Shown here piece after piece: positions 29,550-38,454 of a DNA stretch of 60,277 nucleotides. The stretch covers positions 1 through 60,277 of IMG/VR virus record IMGVR_UViG_3300030380_002146. One strand, written 5' to 3'. How positions within the stretch are numbered: position 1 is the stretch's first letter; each line of letters starts with the position of its first letter. A program made the translations under genes and the position numbers. Below the pieces are notes generated by a model. It searched no databases, was not told the origin of the DNA, and was given only the letters and a program-made list of their open reading frames with translations. Origin of the DNA: a virus. Taxonomy: Duplodnaviria > Caudoviricetes.

Positions 29550-29919
29550 GTTGTTTTATTATATTGGTCAGATACAAGAAAGAACTGGAGAACATAACTT
29601 CGACTGCACTATCATTTGGTCTGCACCTCAACCACACCAACCTAACTTATTTGGCGACGATAAAGAGGAGCGTGACTGTGCTGCTCAAGACTTTATGGAA
29701 AACCAATGTAGATTTTGGTATGGTGGAGAAGAAGATGAGGATGGGGAAACACGTTCTCATGAGTATAATGAAGATAACGGGTGGTACTCAAAAGATGATT
29801 ACCAGTACCAATGGCGAAATGCTGGGTTTAAAGAAATTTCTGAAAAGACTTTTAAAGAAGTCCAGCCTCTTGTTGCAGATATGACAAGTAGTTATAGGTG
29901 GTACAATGGACTGGACTGA
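29542..29919 (+). CDS. Acidic hypothetical protein
   Basis: Start placed at the ATG overlapping the previous stop region; acidic and aromatic. Confidence 0.55.
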   Translation: MAKLFYYIGQIQERTGEHNFDCTIIWSAPQPHQPNLFGDDKEERDCAAQDFMENQCRFWYGGEEDEDGETRSHEYNEDNGWYSKDDYQYQWRNAGFKEISEKTFKEVQPLVADMTSSYRWYNGLD

Positions 29920-31090
29920 TAAACCTTTATTAGCAAGTGAACTAATATCTGCGTTATCAAACCCTACTCGTGGCATAGCAAACTTTGTTTCTGGTAAGTA
30001 TGCTACTGCCATGAGTAAAAACGTACAAATAGATATGGTTCAATCTCAAAAGTTCTTGATTACCGATAACCTTTTAGACCATGCGATAAGAGCAAGTTAT
30101 GTAAAGCCGAAGTATTTACTAGACGGTTTACATAATACAAGACCACCGTTCAATAATATGTGGGTTGAGTGGAACGAAAAGGAACGAGTAAAGAAAAATC
30201 GAAAAGAGTTAGTAAAACTTTGTAAAGAAAAAGGTGCAACGAAAGAAGTTGAACCTTTAATCGATGACGGTATACCAGATCGAATAGGTTATCATATTAA
30301 GAAACTAACTAATGAACGAGAAGATTTAAGAAATTATGCCTATAGAGAGGGAGAAACAATATTATATACTTGTTTCTTTCAAATGGAAGATAAAAGATTT
30401 TATTGTCCTGAAATGGGGTTCAATATGAATTACGAGTGTGATTACGATTATGCGTCTTTTGTAAATACTTGGAATAAACAAAATAATTTTTCACCTGTAA
30501 ACATGACAGAAGAAGTTTTTTACCATAACTGTAATTCGAATGGTGCTATTATGTTAGGAGCGACATATAGCGAAATGTATAAGGGCGATCCTTATATAGA
30601 CCGTATTTTTAGAAATCTCATTCCAGTACAAACATGTTCTACTCACTGGGTTCGATCTGCACAAGATTTCTTAAAACCTGTACAAGAAAAAGAAAGTCTA
30701 CGACATGCTGCAGATTTAAGTAGGTTGGGTGGAGATCCTCGGTTTCTTATCTCGTTACTTAATATGTTAAATTATGACTTAGTTTCTACAGAGACGGTAA
30801 TTCCTCCAAAAAAGATTTCTCATATTTATTTGAGTCGATCTGTTCCAAGAAACGAATATAAAGTTGTACAAATAAATTTACCGAAACCAAGAGGGAAAAG
30901 AGTATACAATAAAATGTTTACTGGTCAAGGGTCACCTAAACGTGAACACTGGAGACGAGGACATTGGAGACGAGTTCATGATAGAAAAGGTAATTTAATA
31001 AAACGTATCTGGATTGGAGAACAAAAGGTTGGCAATGCTGAATTAGGCAAGATCGTACATGATTATGAGTTAGTTCAAAAAAGCCAGTAA
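29906..31090 (+). CDS. Conserved phage hypothetical protein with C-terminal HxRRGHWR motif
   Basis: SPKREHWRRGHWRR...IWI...VGNAELG. Confidence 0.65.
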   Translation: MDWTDKPLLASELISALSNPTRGIANFVSGKYATAMSKNVQIDMVQSQKFLITDNLLDHAIRASYVKPKYLLDGLHNTRPPFNNMWVEWNEKERVKKNRKELVKLCKEKGATKEVEPLIDDGIPDRIGYHIKKLTNEREDLRNYAYREGETILYTCFFQMEDKRFYCPEMGFNMNYECDYDYASFVNTWNKQNNFSPVNMTEEVFYHNCNSNGAIMLGATYSEMYKGDPYIDRIFRNLIPVQTCSTHWVRSAQDFLKPVQEKESLRHAADLSRLGGDPRFLISLLNMLNYDLVSTETVIPPKKISHIYLSRSVPRNEYKVVQINLPKPRGKRVYNKMFTGQGSPKREHWRRGHWRRVHDRKGNLIKRIWIGEQKVGNAELGKIVHDYELVQKSQ

Positions 31091-31239
31091 AAAGATTATT
31101 TTCTAGTTTTATTGTAATTATTATTTTACTATAATATAATTATATTGGGTGCTACTAGGTTGAGTACAACGGATAGCTTAATGAGAGGCAAAACACTTGC
31201 ATACCGACCTCTCGCCCTTCAACTATAGAAAGGAAGAAT

Positions 31240-31494
31240 ATGTCAGATCTTTATGAATTCGAAGCCAAGTACGAAGTCCATTCCTGTTGGGAACTAGACT
31301 TTGATATCAGAGACGTTTACGCATGGTGGGTAAAATACGAAACATTGTATGTTATCCATGAAAAAGACAGTGATACTAGAATGTATTCCCCAGAATATTC
31401 AGGTCGAACGAATGATCTTAAACATGCTGTATGTTATTATCAAAATGCAGCCTCTGTCGAAGAAAAAACTTTATTTTCAACAGTGGAGGGTTAA
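31240..31494 (+). CDS. Hypothetical early protein
   Basis: AGAAAGG RBS; downstream of a promoter near 31130. Confidence 0.6.
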   Translation: MSDLYEFEAKYEVHSCWELDFDIRDVYAWWVKYETLYVIHEKDSDTRMYSPEYSGRTNDLKHAVCYYQNAASVEEKTLFSTVEG

Positions 31495-31839
31495 ATGTCT
31501 TTAGAATTAGTATATAAAAAGTCATTGGGGCGATCTTATCGTATCGTTAGCAATGCTTTAGAACAGTTAGTGTCTTACGACTGGTCAGCTATAGACCAGT
31601 CGGATAAGATGACCTTTTCAGGAATTGAGTCAAATGAGCCAAGAAAGTTAGAGCATGGCTTCCAAACTAGTATTATCGACGGCAACCATTTAGAAGTATA
31701 CCTTGCTGATGGAACCATACATCAGTTTGAGTTAAAGCTAGTTAATACACTCACAGATGGTTCTATTGGACAATTCCAAGAACTATTGGAGCAGGAGGTA
31801 ATACAGGATCCATATTCAAGAGATGGGAGGGAAGGATAA
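31495..31839 (+). CDS. Hypothetical early protein
   Basis: GGAGG RBS; abuts its neighbours. Confidence 0.6.
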   Translation: MSLELVYKKSLGRSYRIVSNALEQLVSYDWSAIDQSDKMTFSGIESNEPRKLEHGFQTSIIDGNHLEVYLADGTIHQFELKLVNTLTDGSIGQFQELLEQEVIQDPYSRDGREG

Positions 31840-32018
31840 TGCCTAAACCTAAAGAAATCACTGGTTACGATATAATAATACATTGGAGTGATGGCACTAA
31901 AGAAGATCTAGATACTTATGGTCCATATCCTTATAATAAAAGTTTAGATTATTATTTAGACGCAATACAAGAAGAAGTAAATGAACAAACAGATGAAACG
32001 GAGGAAAGTGATGCCTAA
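31839..32018 (+). CDS. Small acidic protein (59 aa, not in the ORF track)
   Basis: MPKPKEITGYDIIIHWSDGTKED...DETEESDA; TAATG coupling. Confidence 0.65.
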   Translation: MPKPKEITGYDIIIHWSDGTKEDLDTYGPYPYNKSLDYYLDAIQEEVNEQTDETEESDA

Positions 32019-32175
32019 ATACAAAGTAATCGTAAGCCACCTTGAGTCACAAGAGTGGTCAATAGTGGCTTCAAACGAAAAAGAAGCTAGAGATAATTGG
32101 GGTATAGGAGACTTTGAAGGTGCTTCTTCAATAAGCCATGAAATTGTATCTGTGGAGGAAAGTGATGCCTAAATA
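32000..32175 (+). repeat. 22-bp exact direct repeat at gene junctions
   Basis: ggaggaaagtgatgcctaaata at 32000-32021 and 32154-32175. Confidence 0.9.
32011..32172 (+). CDS. Small hypothetical protein
   Basis: GGAGG RBS; MPKYKVIV...VEESDA. Confidence 0.6.
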   Translation: MPKYKVIVSHLESQEWSIVASNEKEARDNWGIGDFEGASSISHEIVSVEESDA

Positions 32176-32731
32176 TATTGTAAAGACTTATGCAACCTGT
32201 GACTTTGAATATCTTGTAGATGTAGATGAGGGTTGTTCTGAACACAGTGCTGAAGAAGTAGTTTGGGAAGATGGGATTGCCTTAAATGGTGGTGAGACTG
32301 TTAATGTCTACGACGAACAAATAGACCGTGGTGCAACAGTCCTATATCAAGATGGCGATGAAGAAAGTGCTATTCAAGGGTACGGTGGAATTGTAGATGC
32401 TATACAAAAGTGGCATACAGGTCTTAACCTAATCGAAGGCAGTTCAGATAAAGATCAGATTGTAAAGCTAGTTGAAGAGTTTGGCGAACTATCTAGGTCT
32501 ATTATCCGTACCCCAAAAGTAACAGAAAAGTGGCTCAACGAAAACGGCTACCCTGTATCACGAGACAATCTCCGTGATTCGATTGGCGATATGATTGTTG
32601 TCCTTATTAATATAGCTATGCGAAACGATTTATCTTTATACGAATGTATGAAGAAAGCATACGATGAAATCAAAAGTCGTAAAGGTAAAATGGTTGATGG
32701 TTCTTTTATAAAGGAGGAAGTGAATGGATAG
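32165..32731 (+). CDS. MazG-like nucleotide pyrophosphohydrolase with an acidic N-terminal extension
   Basis: QIVKLVEEFGEL...DSIGDMIVVL...AYDEIKSRKGKMVDGSFIKE. Confidence 0.8.
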   Translation: MPKYIVKTYATCDFEYLVDVDEGCSEHSAEEVVWEDGIALNGGETVNVYDEQIDRGATVLYQDGDEESAIQGYGGIVDAIQKWHTGLNLIEGSSDKDQIVKLVEEFGELSRSIIRTPKVTEKWLNENGYPVSRDNLRDSIGDMIVVLINIAMRNDLSLYECMKKAYDEIKSRKGKMVDGSFIKEEVNG

Positions 32732-33086
32732 ATTTTCTCACTGCTCTGAATGTGGAGAAAAACTAAAGAAAGTAAACCATAAAAGAACGAAGCCAGCACT
32801 ATGTGCTTCTTGTCGAGGCAATAAAGTCAGTGGGCACAGTGAGTTACGGCAGATGTTTTTAGAAATGCAAAAGAACCCTCCCCCTGCATCAGCTTACGAA
32901 GGACGATTCGAAGATGACCCAAGGGCTTTAAAAGAAATCGATAATGGTAAGGTTTTAAGAAAGCCAACAATAATTGAAAGTGGAGGAAGTAATCTTTCGG
33001 AAGTAATGATGCCTACGTCTAGCTATAAGCATAAAGTAGGATCAGCACGAGACGGTTTTCGATATAGAAGGAGAGAACTTAAATGA
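32724..33086 (+). CDS. Zinc-ribbon-containing hypothetical protein
   Basis: CSEC...CASC. Confidence 0.6.
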   Translation: MDRFSHCSECGEKLKKVNHKRTKPALCASCRGNKVSGHSELRQMFLEMQKNPPPASAYEGRFEDDPRALKEIDNGKVLRKPTIIESGGSNLSEVMMPTSSYKHKVGSARDGFRYRRRELK

Positions 33087-33565
33087 AATGTTGGCATTGT
33101 GGATCGGATCTAATCTGGGGTGGCGATTGCGACCTAAACGAAGAAGATTATGAAGAGTTTTCTATGGCTACTAATCTTAGCTGTCCAAAATGTGGTTCAC
33201 ATGTAGACGTTTACTTACCAAGAAGAAAGGAAAATGAAATGGAAGAATCTGTAAAAAACGCATGGCTTGTAGAAATATATAGCCCTCAAGATGAGGAATG
33301 GGATTTAGTAAGAGCATACCCATCTACAAAGTTGGTAACTATAAATAGTGCAATGATGCACCCAGACCAACAAGAAGATATAAATGAAGCAAGGGCTTGT
33401 TTATTTTATACGCAGTTAAGTAAGAGAGATACATTCGCAGAGTATCGTTGGCGATTTGGCTATTTCAACGGATATAGTCATGAGATGCCTCAAAAAGAGT
33501 GGACATATAGAATTATCTATGACCCAATAACTAAAACAAAAGAGGAGGATCAAAATGAAACTTGA
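33083..33565 (+). CDS. Hypothetical protein with N-terminal zinc ribbon
   Basis: MKCWHCGSDLIWGGD...NLSCPKCGS. Confidence 0.6.
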   Translation: MKCWHCGSDLIWGGDCDLNEEDYEEFSMATNLSCPKCGSHVDVYLPRRKENEMEESVKNAWLVEIYSPQDEEWDLVRAYPSTKLVTINSAMMHPDQQEDINEARACLFYTQLSKRDTFAEYRWRFGYFNGYSHEMPQKEWTYRIIYDPITKTKEEDQNET

Positions 33566-33758
33566 CCTTTCATCATATTATCGAATCAGGATAACTAACA
33601 GAGGAAATGGTGGTTCATCATACGTTGGTTCATTCAAAACAGAAGAAGAAGCTCAAAAGAGAATAGAGTTTTTACCAGCATATCAGCGAAACGATAACTT
33701 TTATTCAGTTAATGTAGAACACATGGAAGACATGTTATCTTACAGATTTAGCGATTAA
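33555..33758 (+). CDS. Small hypothetical protein
   Basis: GAGGAG RBS; YVGSFKTEEEA motif. Confidence 0.55.
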   Translation: MKLDLSSYYRIRITNRGNGGSSYVGSFKTEEEAQKRIEFLPAYQRNDNFYSVNVEHMEDMLSYRFSD

Positions 33759-33834
33759 AAACAGTAGTTTGTAATTTTATTGCCCCTTTTTGTACCTTAT
33801 ACTTTAGTAAAGTTAAATTAAAGAAAGGTACAGT

Positions 33835-34008
33835 ATGTCGACTTACATAAAGAAACAAAAAGATCGTGAGTTAGTTCAGATTACGAACAAAGAAACGATT
33901 AAAGACTTACGAGATATTCAAGATATCTTAGTTAGTGAAACAGGTTTAGACCTCAGTTTACAAAATGTGGTAAACCACTTAATTAAAGAATACTTAAAAG
34001 AAAGATGA
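33835..34008 (+). CDS. Small putative ribbon-helix-helix-like protein (57 aa, not in the ORF track)
   Basis: AGAAAGGT RBS after a promoter; MSTYIKKQKDRELVQIT...LSLQNVVNHLIKEYLKER. The fold is a guess. Confidence 0.55.
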   Translation: MSTYIKKQKDRELVQITNKETIKDLRDIQDILVSETGLDLSLQNVVNHLIKEYLKER

Positions 34009-34199
34009 GTATTTGTAGGTTATGTAACGAAGCTGAGGTTTCTCTACCTCGGCTTCGTCTAGGTTACAAAGTTTGTCTAAAGTGTGGGGAAAAAGATGCA
34101 CGTCAAGTTGTGCATACAATAGTTCCTTTGCATAAGTCAAATTATGTAGTAATATCAAACTATGACGAGTTAGTCAGCATCAATACAAAGGGAGGGTAG
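34005..34199 (+). CDS. Small zinc-finger protein (TraR/DksA-like spacing)
   Basis: CRLC...RLRLGYKVCLKC; PLHKSNY. Confidence 0.55.
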   Translation: MSICRLCNEAEVSLPRLRLGYKVCLKCGEKDARQVVHTIVPLHKSNYVVISNYDELVSINTKGG

Positions 34200-34201
34200 C
34201 G

Positions 34202-34534
34202 ATGGCTTGGAAACAACTTGAAGAAGGTCATGGGTTCGGATATATGGAATATTGGGATCCTGAAGATTGGGCACACCCTGAACATCCTAAAGAAATTTTT
34301 CCAGACGGTGAAGACATGTCAGAAGAAGCATCTGCTGGACTTATGAACGCTCCAATGTATGGAGGTAATCGTTTTGAGGTTTATCAGTTTTTACATAAAG
34401 AAGAAGCTGATGGATCAAGAGACCTTGGAGATGGTTCTACAGAGTATTGGGAAAAGGGTGATATCTTATATACTTATGTCATTCACCATAAAGATGAAAC
34501 ATGGAACTTTTTCAGATATCGAAGGGAAATATAA
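34202..34534 (+). CDS. Acidic hypothetical protein
   Basis: GGAGG RBS. Confidence 0.6.
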   Translation: MAWKQLEEGHGFGYMEYWDPEDWAHPEHPKEIFPDGEDMSEEASAGLMNAPMYGGNRFEVYQFLHKEEADGSRDLGDGSTEYWEKGDILYTYVIHHKDETWNFFRYRREI

Positions 34535-34723
34535 ATGAAGCATACGTGGAAGATAACATATCCTGATGGAGAAATCGAGTTTTGGCACGATTCCGTCAGC
34601 GATGTTGTGCCAGAACTGGCTCGCCTACAAAAAATTCATAATGGTGGTGTTAGTATCGATCTACACCATACTCAAATAGTAGAGGATTTGGAGGATAATG
34701 ATGGCAAAGTTACGAAACATTAG
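34535..34723 (+). CDS. Hypothetical protein
   Basis: Abuts its neighbours in the operon. Confidence 0.55.
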   Translation: MKHTWKITYPDGEIEFWHDSVSDVVPELARLQKIHNGGVSIDLHHTQIVEDLEDNDGKVTKH

Positions 34724-34949
34724 TGTCTACCATAACCTTACGGTCAATGCACCAAAAGGATCTTATGAGTGGACTAAGAAACTAGGGCAACAACATATTT
34801 GCCTGAATAAGCCGCAGTTGAAACAAACAACTTTATGTGGTAAACCAATGCTGGGTAATAATTATGCAAGTATCATTCCCCAAGCATACAAAACACAATG
34901 TTTAGAGTGTCAAAAACTTCTTTATCATTTCAATAAAGATAGGGCATAA
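34698..34949 (+). CDS. Hypothetical protein (His/Cys, possible zinc binding)
   Basis: GGAGG RBS; HIC...TLCGK...CLEC. Confidence 0.55.
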   Translation: MMAKLRNISVYHNLTVNAPKGSYEWTKKLGQQHICLNKPQLKQTTLCGKPMLGNNYASIIPQAYKTQCLECQKLLYHFNKDRA

Positions 34950-35015
34950 AAAACAAAATATAAGGCAATACTTTGTACTAGTAATGATATTTATTGCCTT
35001 ATATACTATATCTAA
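34947..35015 (+). promoter_or_regulatory. Sigma70-like promoter overlapped by a 13-bp inverted repeat
   Basis: atataaggcaata (34958-34970) and tattgccttatat (34992-35004); TATACT -10-like element. Confidence 0.55.
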
Positions 35016-35050
35016 CTTAAATATTAACCTACAGACAGAAAGGAAGAATT

Positions 35051-36055
35051 ATGTCTCATAACGTAGAAACAATGGCTTGGGCAAATGCAAAGCCTTGGCA
35101 CGGTCTAGGTACAGAAGTATCAGACGATCTAACTCCAATCCAAATGCAAAAAGCTGCACAGCTTGATTGGACAGTAAGTAAGCGACCAGCATACACTATC
35201 AACGAACCAGAGTGGTCTGAACAGTGTGGCTTAATACAAGCCGAAGGTCATCACTTTATCGTAAGAGATAGCGATAACTCAGTTTTATCCCAATGTGGTA
35301 ACACTTACGTTCCTATCCAAAACAAAGACATCTTCGACTTCTTTGTGAAGTTTACCCAAGCAGGTCACATGAAAATGGAGACTGCTGGATCTTTACGAGA
35401 CGGTAAAGAAATCTGGGGTTTAGCCAAACTTGCCGACGACTTCGAGTTAGCAGGTGGCGACGAGGTCAAAGGTTATCTTCTCATCAACCAACCTCATGCT
35501 GCAGGTAAAGCAATGACGATCAAGTTTACACCAATCCGAGTTGTCTGCAACAATACTCTTACTATGGCATTACAAGGCGAAGGCACTGCACTTCGTATGC
35601 CACACGTCAAAGAGTTCGATGCTGATGTTCGTGCAGCAGCAGAAGAAGCACTTGGTCTTAGTAGTCAAGCAATATCCGACTTCAAAGAAAAAGCCGACTT
35701 CCTCGCTTCACGTCAGTTCAAGCAAGAGTCCGTACTCAACTACATCGCAGAACTTTATCAACCACAAATACTCGTGGACAAAGCCAAAGCGATTACCGAC
35801 GAAGAGTTCGTTATGCAGGAGAAGTTCAATGCTACTGCTACTCAAGTTCTTCAAAACATCGACCTAAGTCCAGGAGCAACAATGAAATCTGCCAAAGGTA
35901 CATGGTGGGGTGCATTGAATGGAGTGACGTATCTCGAAGACCACCAGCGAAGAGCAACTGCTGTCGGGAACGCACTTCATTCATCATGGTTCGGTGCAGG
36001 GGCTAACAGGAAAGCCAAAGCATTAGACAAAGCTATCGAGTATGCAAATGCTTAA
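35051..36055 (+). CDS. DUF932-family (phage/plasmid-like) protein
   Basis: PWHGLG, LDWTV, METAGSLRDGK.IW, TPIRVVCNNTL and GTWWGALNGVT motifs. Confidence 0.85.
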   Translation: MSHNVETMAWANAKPWHGLGTEVSDDLTPIQMQKAAQLDWTVSKRPAYTINEPEWSEQCGLIQAEGHHFIVRDSDNSVLSQCGNTYVPIQNKDIFDFFVKFTQAGHMKMETAGSLRDGKEIWGLAKLADDFELAGGDEVKGYLLINQPHAAGKAMTIKFTPIRVVCNNTLTMALQGEGTALRMPHVKEFDADVRAAAEEALGLSSQAISDFKEKADFLASRQFKQESVLNYIAELYQPQILVDKAKAITDEEFVMQEKFNATATQVLQNIDLSPGATMKSAKGTWWGALNGVTYLEDHQRRATAVGNALHSSWFGAGANRKAKALDKAIEYANA

Positions 36056-36151
36056 CGATCATTCGTTTATGGAGTATGTCCAGTTTCTACTGGACATCTT
36101 CATTCTGGTGGCGACCTAAGAGTCCTTCATCATCATATCTTTCTTACTTTC

Positions 36152-36180
36152 ACCCCATGGCTTTTTGCCGTGGGGTTTTT
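36152..36180 (+). terminator. Rho-independent terminator
   Basis: accccatggc-ttttt-gccgtggggt-tttt. Confidence 0.85.
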
Positions 36181-36334
36181 CTTTGCATGGCTGTATTGTT
36201 TGACAGACTCGCTTCGTGTTACAAGAACAATAGAGTCAGTCAACCAAGGCATAAAAAACAGTATTTTGTAGTATAAATCGCCTTTTTCCCTTTATATACT
36301 ATACTTACGTTAAATTTTAGAAAGGTAGAAAGAA

Positions 36335-36565
36335 ATGACAAAATTAACAGTAAAAAGTGTTGAGTTCATAGACCCAGCAACAATAACTAGCGAATACTTC
36401 AAGGTTTGCGTTTTTATTCCAGCAAAGCCAGAAGCTAGAGAAGTAGAGTTTTCTACAATCTTCGATAACTTTAAGAAAGCTGCGATTGCCTGCGATAGAT
36501 GGTCAGAGGCTCTTGCAAAATACGATTCTGCGAAATATACATTTTGTGTGAAGGAGGTCAAGTAA
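36335..36565 (+). CDS. Hypothetical early protein
   Basis: TATACT promoter and AGAAAGG RBS. Confidence 0.6.
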   Translation: MTKLTVKSVEFIDPATITSEYFKVCVFIPAKPEAREVEFSTIFDNFKKAAIACDRWSEALAKYDSAKYTFCVKEVK

Positions 36566-36846
36566 TGAATATTCAAGAACAAGAAGAGCGTGATTTTATT
36601 TACGCATCACGTCAAGATTGGGATCGAGCCGAGGCTAGAGAAATCGGCTCCCAAAATCCTGATAGACCTTACATCAGTACAGGTAACGATGTTTGGCACG
36701 TTAATCCATTTTGGGGTAAATATGATGAGTTTGGTAATCCTTTGCGAAAAGAAGCCCCTCATTCTCGTATTCGTCACCCAGAAGATTGTGATGACGAGGA
36801 TGATGAAGAACTTGTAAAACAACTAATGAGTGAGGAAAATATATAA
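36565..36846 (+). CDS. Acidic hypothetical protein
   Basis: AGGAGG RBS; TAATG coupling; DVWHVNPFWG motif. Confidence 0.6.
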   Translation: MNIQEQEERDFIYASRQDWDRAEAREIGSQNPDRPYISTGNDVWHVNPFWGKYDEFGNPLRKEAPHSRIRHPEDCDDEDDEELVKQLMSEENI

Positions 36847-37112
36847 TGTATGCACTTTATGCACACCGTGAGGGAATGACTAATATCTTTATCAGGACAT
36901 TCCCTCGTCTTGATATGATGGGTTCGTCTACTATCGAAATGGGTTCTGGTTCATATAGCGATGAATTCCATTCCTTCCCTGAAGCCTATGAACCATTCGC
37001 CCTTAATCTTAGAACTGGTGATCTCTTATGGTTTACTGATAATCCTTGGGTTCTTGTAGAAGATGAAGAGATTCGTCAATCCTTCTTTTCTAGCTTTTCC
37101 TGTTTCGACTAA
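36846..37112 (+). CDS. Hypothetical protein
   Basis: TAATG coupling; followed by a terminator. Confidence 0.55.
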   Translation: MYALYAHREGMTNIFIRTFPRLDMMGSSTIEMGSGSYSDEFHSFPEAYEPFALNLRTGDLLWFTDNPWVLVEDEEIRQSFFSSFSCFD

Positions 37113-37122
37113 CTATCTATAT

Positions 37123-37152
37123 ATTGGGGCGAAATGCCCCAATGTTCTTTTT
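37123..37152 (+). terminator. Rho-independent terminator
   Basis: attggggc-gaaat-gccccaat then gttcttttt. Confidence 0.8.
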
Positions 37153-37193
37153 AAACACTTTGCTTGTCTGAATGAAGTAAAGTGCCGTCATAA

Positions 37194-37314
37194 TGTCATA
37201 ATCTCATAATATCTTCTGTAATGCTCTGTAGACCTTGAATCATGGTTATGATATTTGTTTTTACAATATCATATATGTAATGATAGATAAAGGGTCGGGA
37301 GAATCATTTTTCAT
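37194..37314 (+). repeat. Copy 2 of the dispersed ~120-bp element, with tandem TCATAAT units
   Basis: Reverse complement of 17721..17839; cgtcataat-gtcataat-ctcataat at 37186-37210. Confidence 0.9.
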
Positions 37315-37403
37315 TTTTGTAAATAAAACTCACTGTATATTGTTATTGCGTAGGGTTAGATTTGGTGTTATGCTTCATGTGAAAGTAAGAAAAGGAGAAT
37401 TGT

Positions 37404-37982
37404 ATGAAAGATCTTGAGTATACTCCACTTTTGCCTAGTGAGTGTGGCAATTACTGGATTGCTCCCGATGGTAAGAGACATCGTCCACTACTTCCAAAGC
37501 ACAAAAAGTTCTGTAGATTGTATGTTGAAGGAATGTCTGCTGCTGCAGCAGCACGAAAGTCAGGCTTTACGAAAAGCATGATTGGCTCAAAAGTTCAAGG
37601 TTCTGCAATGTTGAGGACAAACCCACTTATAGCAAACTTCATTATAGAACTTTTGGATAAGCAGAGAGAACGAGCAGATGTTTCGGTTGACTCGCATCTA
37701 ACAGAATTATCCCATTTGCGTGACGAAGCCAAGGATACAGGGCAAATTGCTGCAGCCATCTCAGCCGAGGTTAATCGTGGCAAGGTCGCAGGGCTTTATA
37801 TTGATCGCAAAGAGGTCATGGTCTCAAAGGTTGAAACAATGAGTTCCGAAGACCTGATATCCAGGATACAACAATTAGTTGATGGCAGCAACATGAAAGT
37901 AGTGAACCATGTACCAGACAGAGAAGACATTATATCAAGCAATGAAGAAAAACTTACCGAGGGTTCATTGGCAAAGAGTTGA
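37404..37982 (+). CDS. terS: Terminase small subunit
   Basis: KHKKFCRLYVEG.SAAAAARKSGF HTH, L.ELSHLRDEA...AAISAEVNRGKVAGLY. Confidence 0.8.
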   Translation: MKDLEYTPLLPSECGNYWIAPDGKRHRPLLPKHKKFCRLYVEGMSAAAAARKSGFTKSMIGSKVQGSAMLRTNPLIANFIIELLDKQRERADVSVDSHLTELSHLRDEAKDTGQIAAAISAEVNRGKVAGLYIDRKEVMVSKVETMSSEDLISRIQQLVDGSNMKVVNHVPDREDIISSNEEKLTEGSLAKS

Positions 37983-38316
37983 GACTGGAGCATTATCAAC
38001 TGGTGTTCCTGACGTCAATGGCTGTTGGCAAGGGTCAGAGTTTTGGATTGAACTCAAGATAGGAGTCATTCAATCAGCCAAGCTATCCCCACAGCAATGT
38101 GCATGGCACATGAGACGTGCTTCATCAGGGGGAGTAAGTTGGATATTTGCAAGCGACCCATCATCACGCAAACTTTGGATGGTATCAGGCAATCAATCAG
38201 TCAACCTCAGAAACAAGAGCCTGGATTCATCACTCTCTGTTCATCACTATAGCCAACCGTATGATTGGAAAGCGATATTAGAACAGTTTTGCTTGACTGA
38301 CCGACTGACTGTCTGA
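37909..38316 (+). CDS. PD-(D/E)xK nuclease (VRR-NUC / Holliday-junction resolvase-like)
   Basis: RVET...GVPDV...FWIELK...LSPQQCAW. Confidence 0.8.
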   Translation: MYQTEKTLYQAMKKNLPRVHWQRVETGALSTGVPDVNGCWQGSEFWIELKIGVIQSAKLSPQQCAWHMRRASSGGVSWIFASDPSSRKLWMVSGNQSVNLRNKSLDSSLSVHHYSQPYDWKAILEQFCLTDRLTV

Positions 38317-38454
38317 TTGATTGACTCAAGGAAATAGCGATTTTGTATACATAAAAAACATTTAGTTTGTACTTTACTTTCGTAATATTGTACTATACTA
38401 TATAATGATAATCGTAATTAAGCGTTTATACAGAAAGTAGAAAGGTCCAGTAAA

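Noticed and set aside
31141-31225. Hammerhead ribozyme or tRNA
   Set aside because: No CUGANGA/GAAA core and no cloverleaf or T-loop consensus.
35541-35867. 108-aa +1 ORF inside the DUF932 gene
   Set aside because: The whole gene uses C-ending codons (TTC/ATC/GAC), consistent with high expression, which opens this frame passively; no clear RBS.
37235-37417. 60-aa ORF over copy 2 of the inverted element, and the similar ORF 36076..36276
   Set aside because: They span repeat, promoter or terminator sequence, lack a convincing RBS and have non-protein-like composition.
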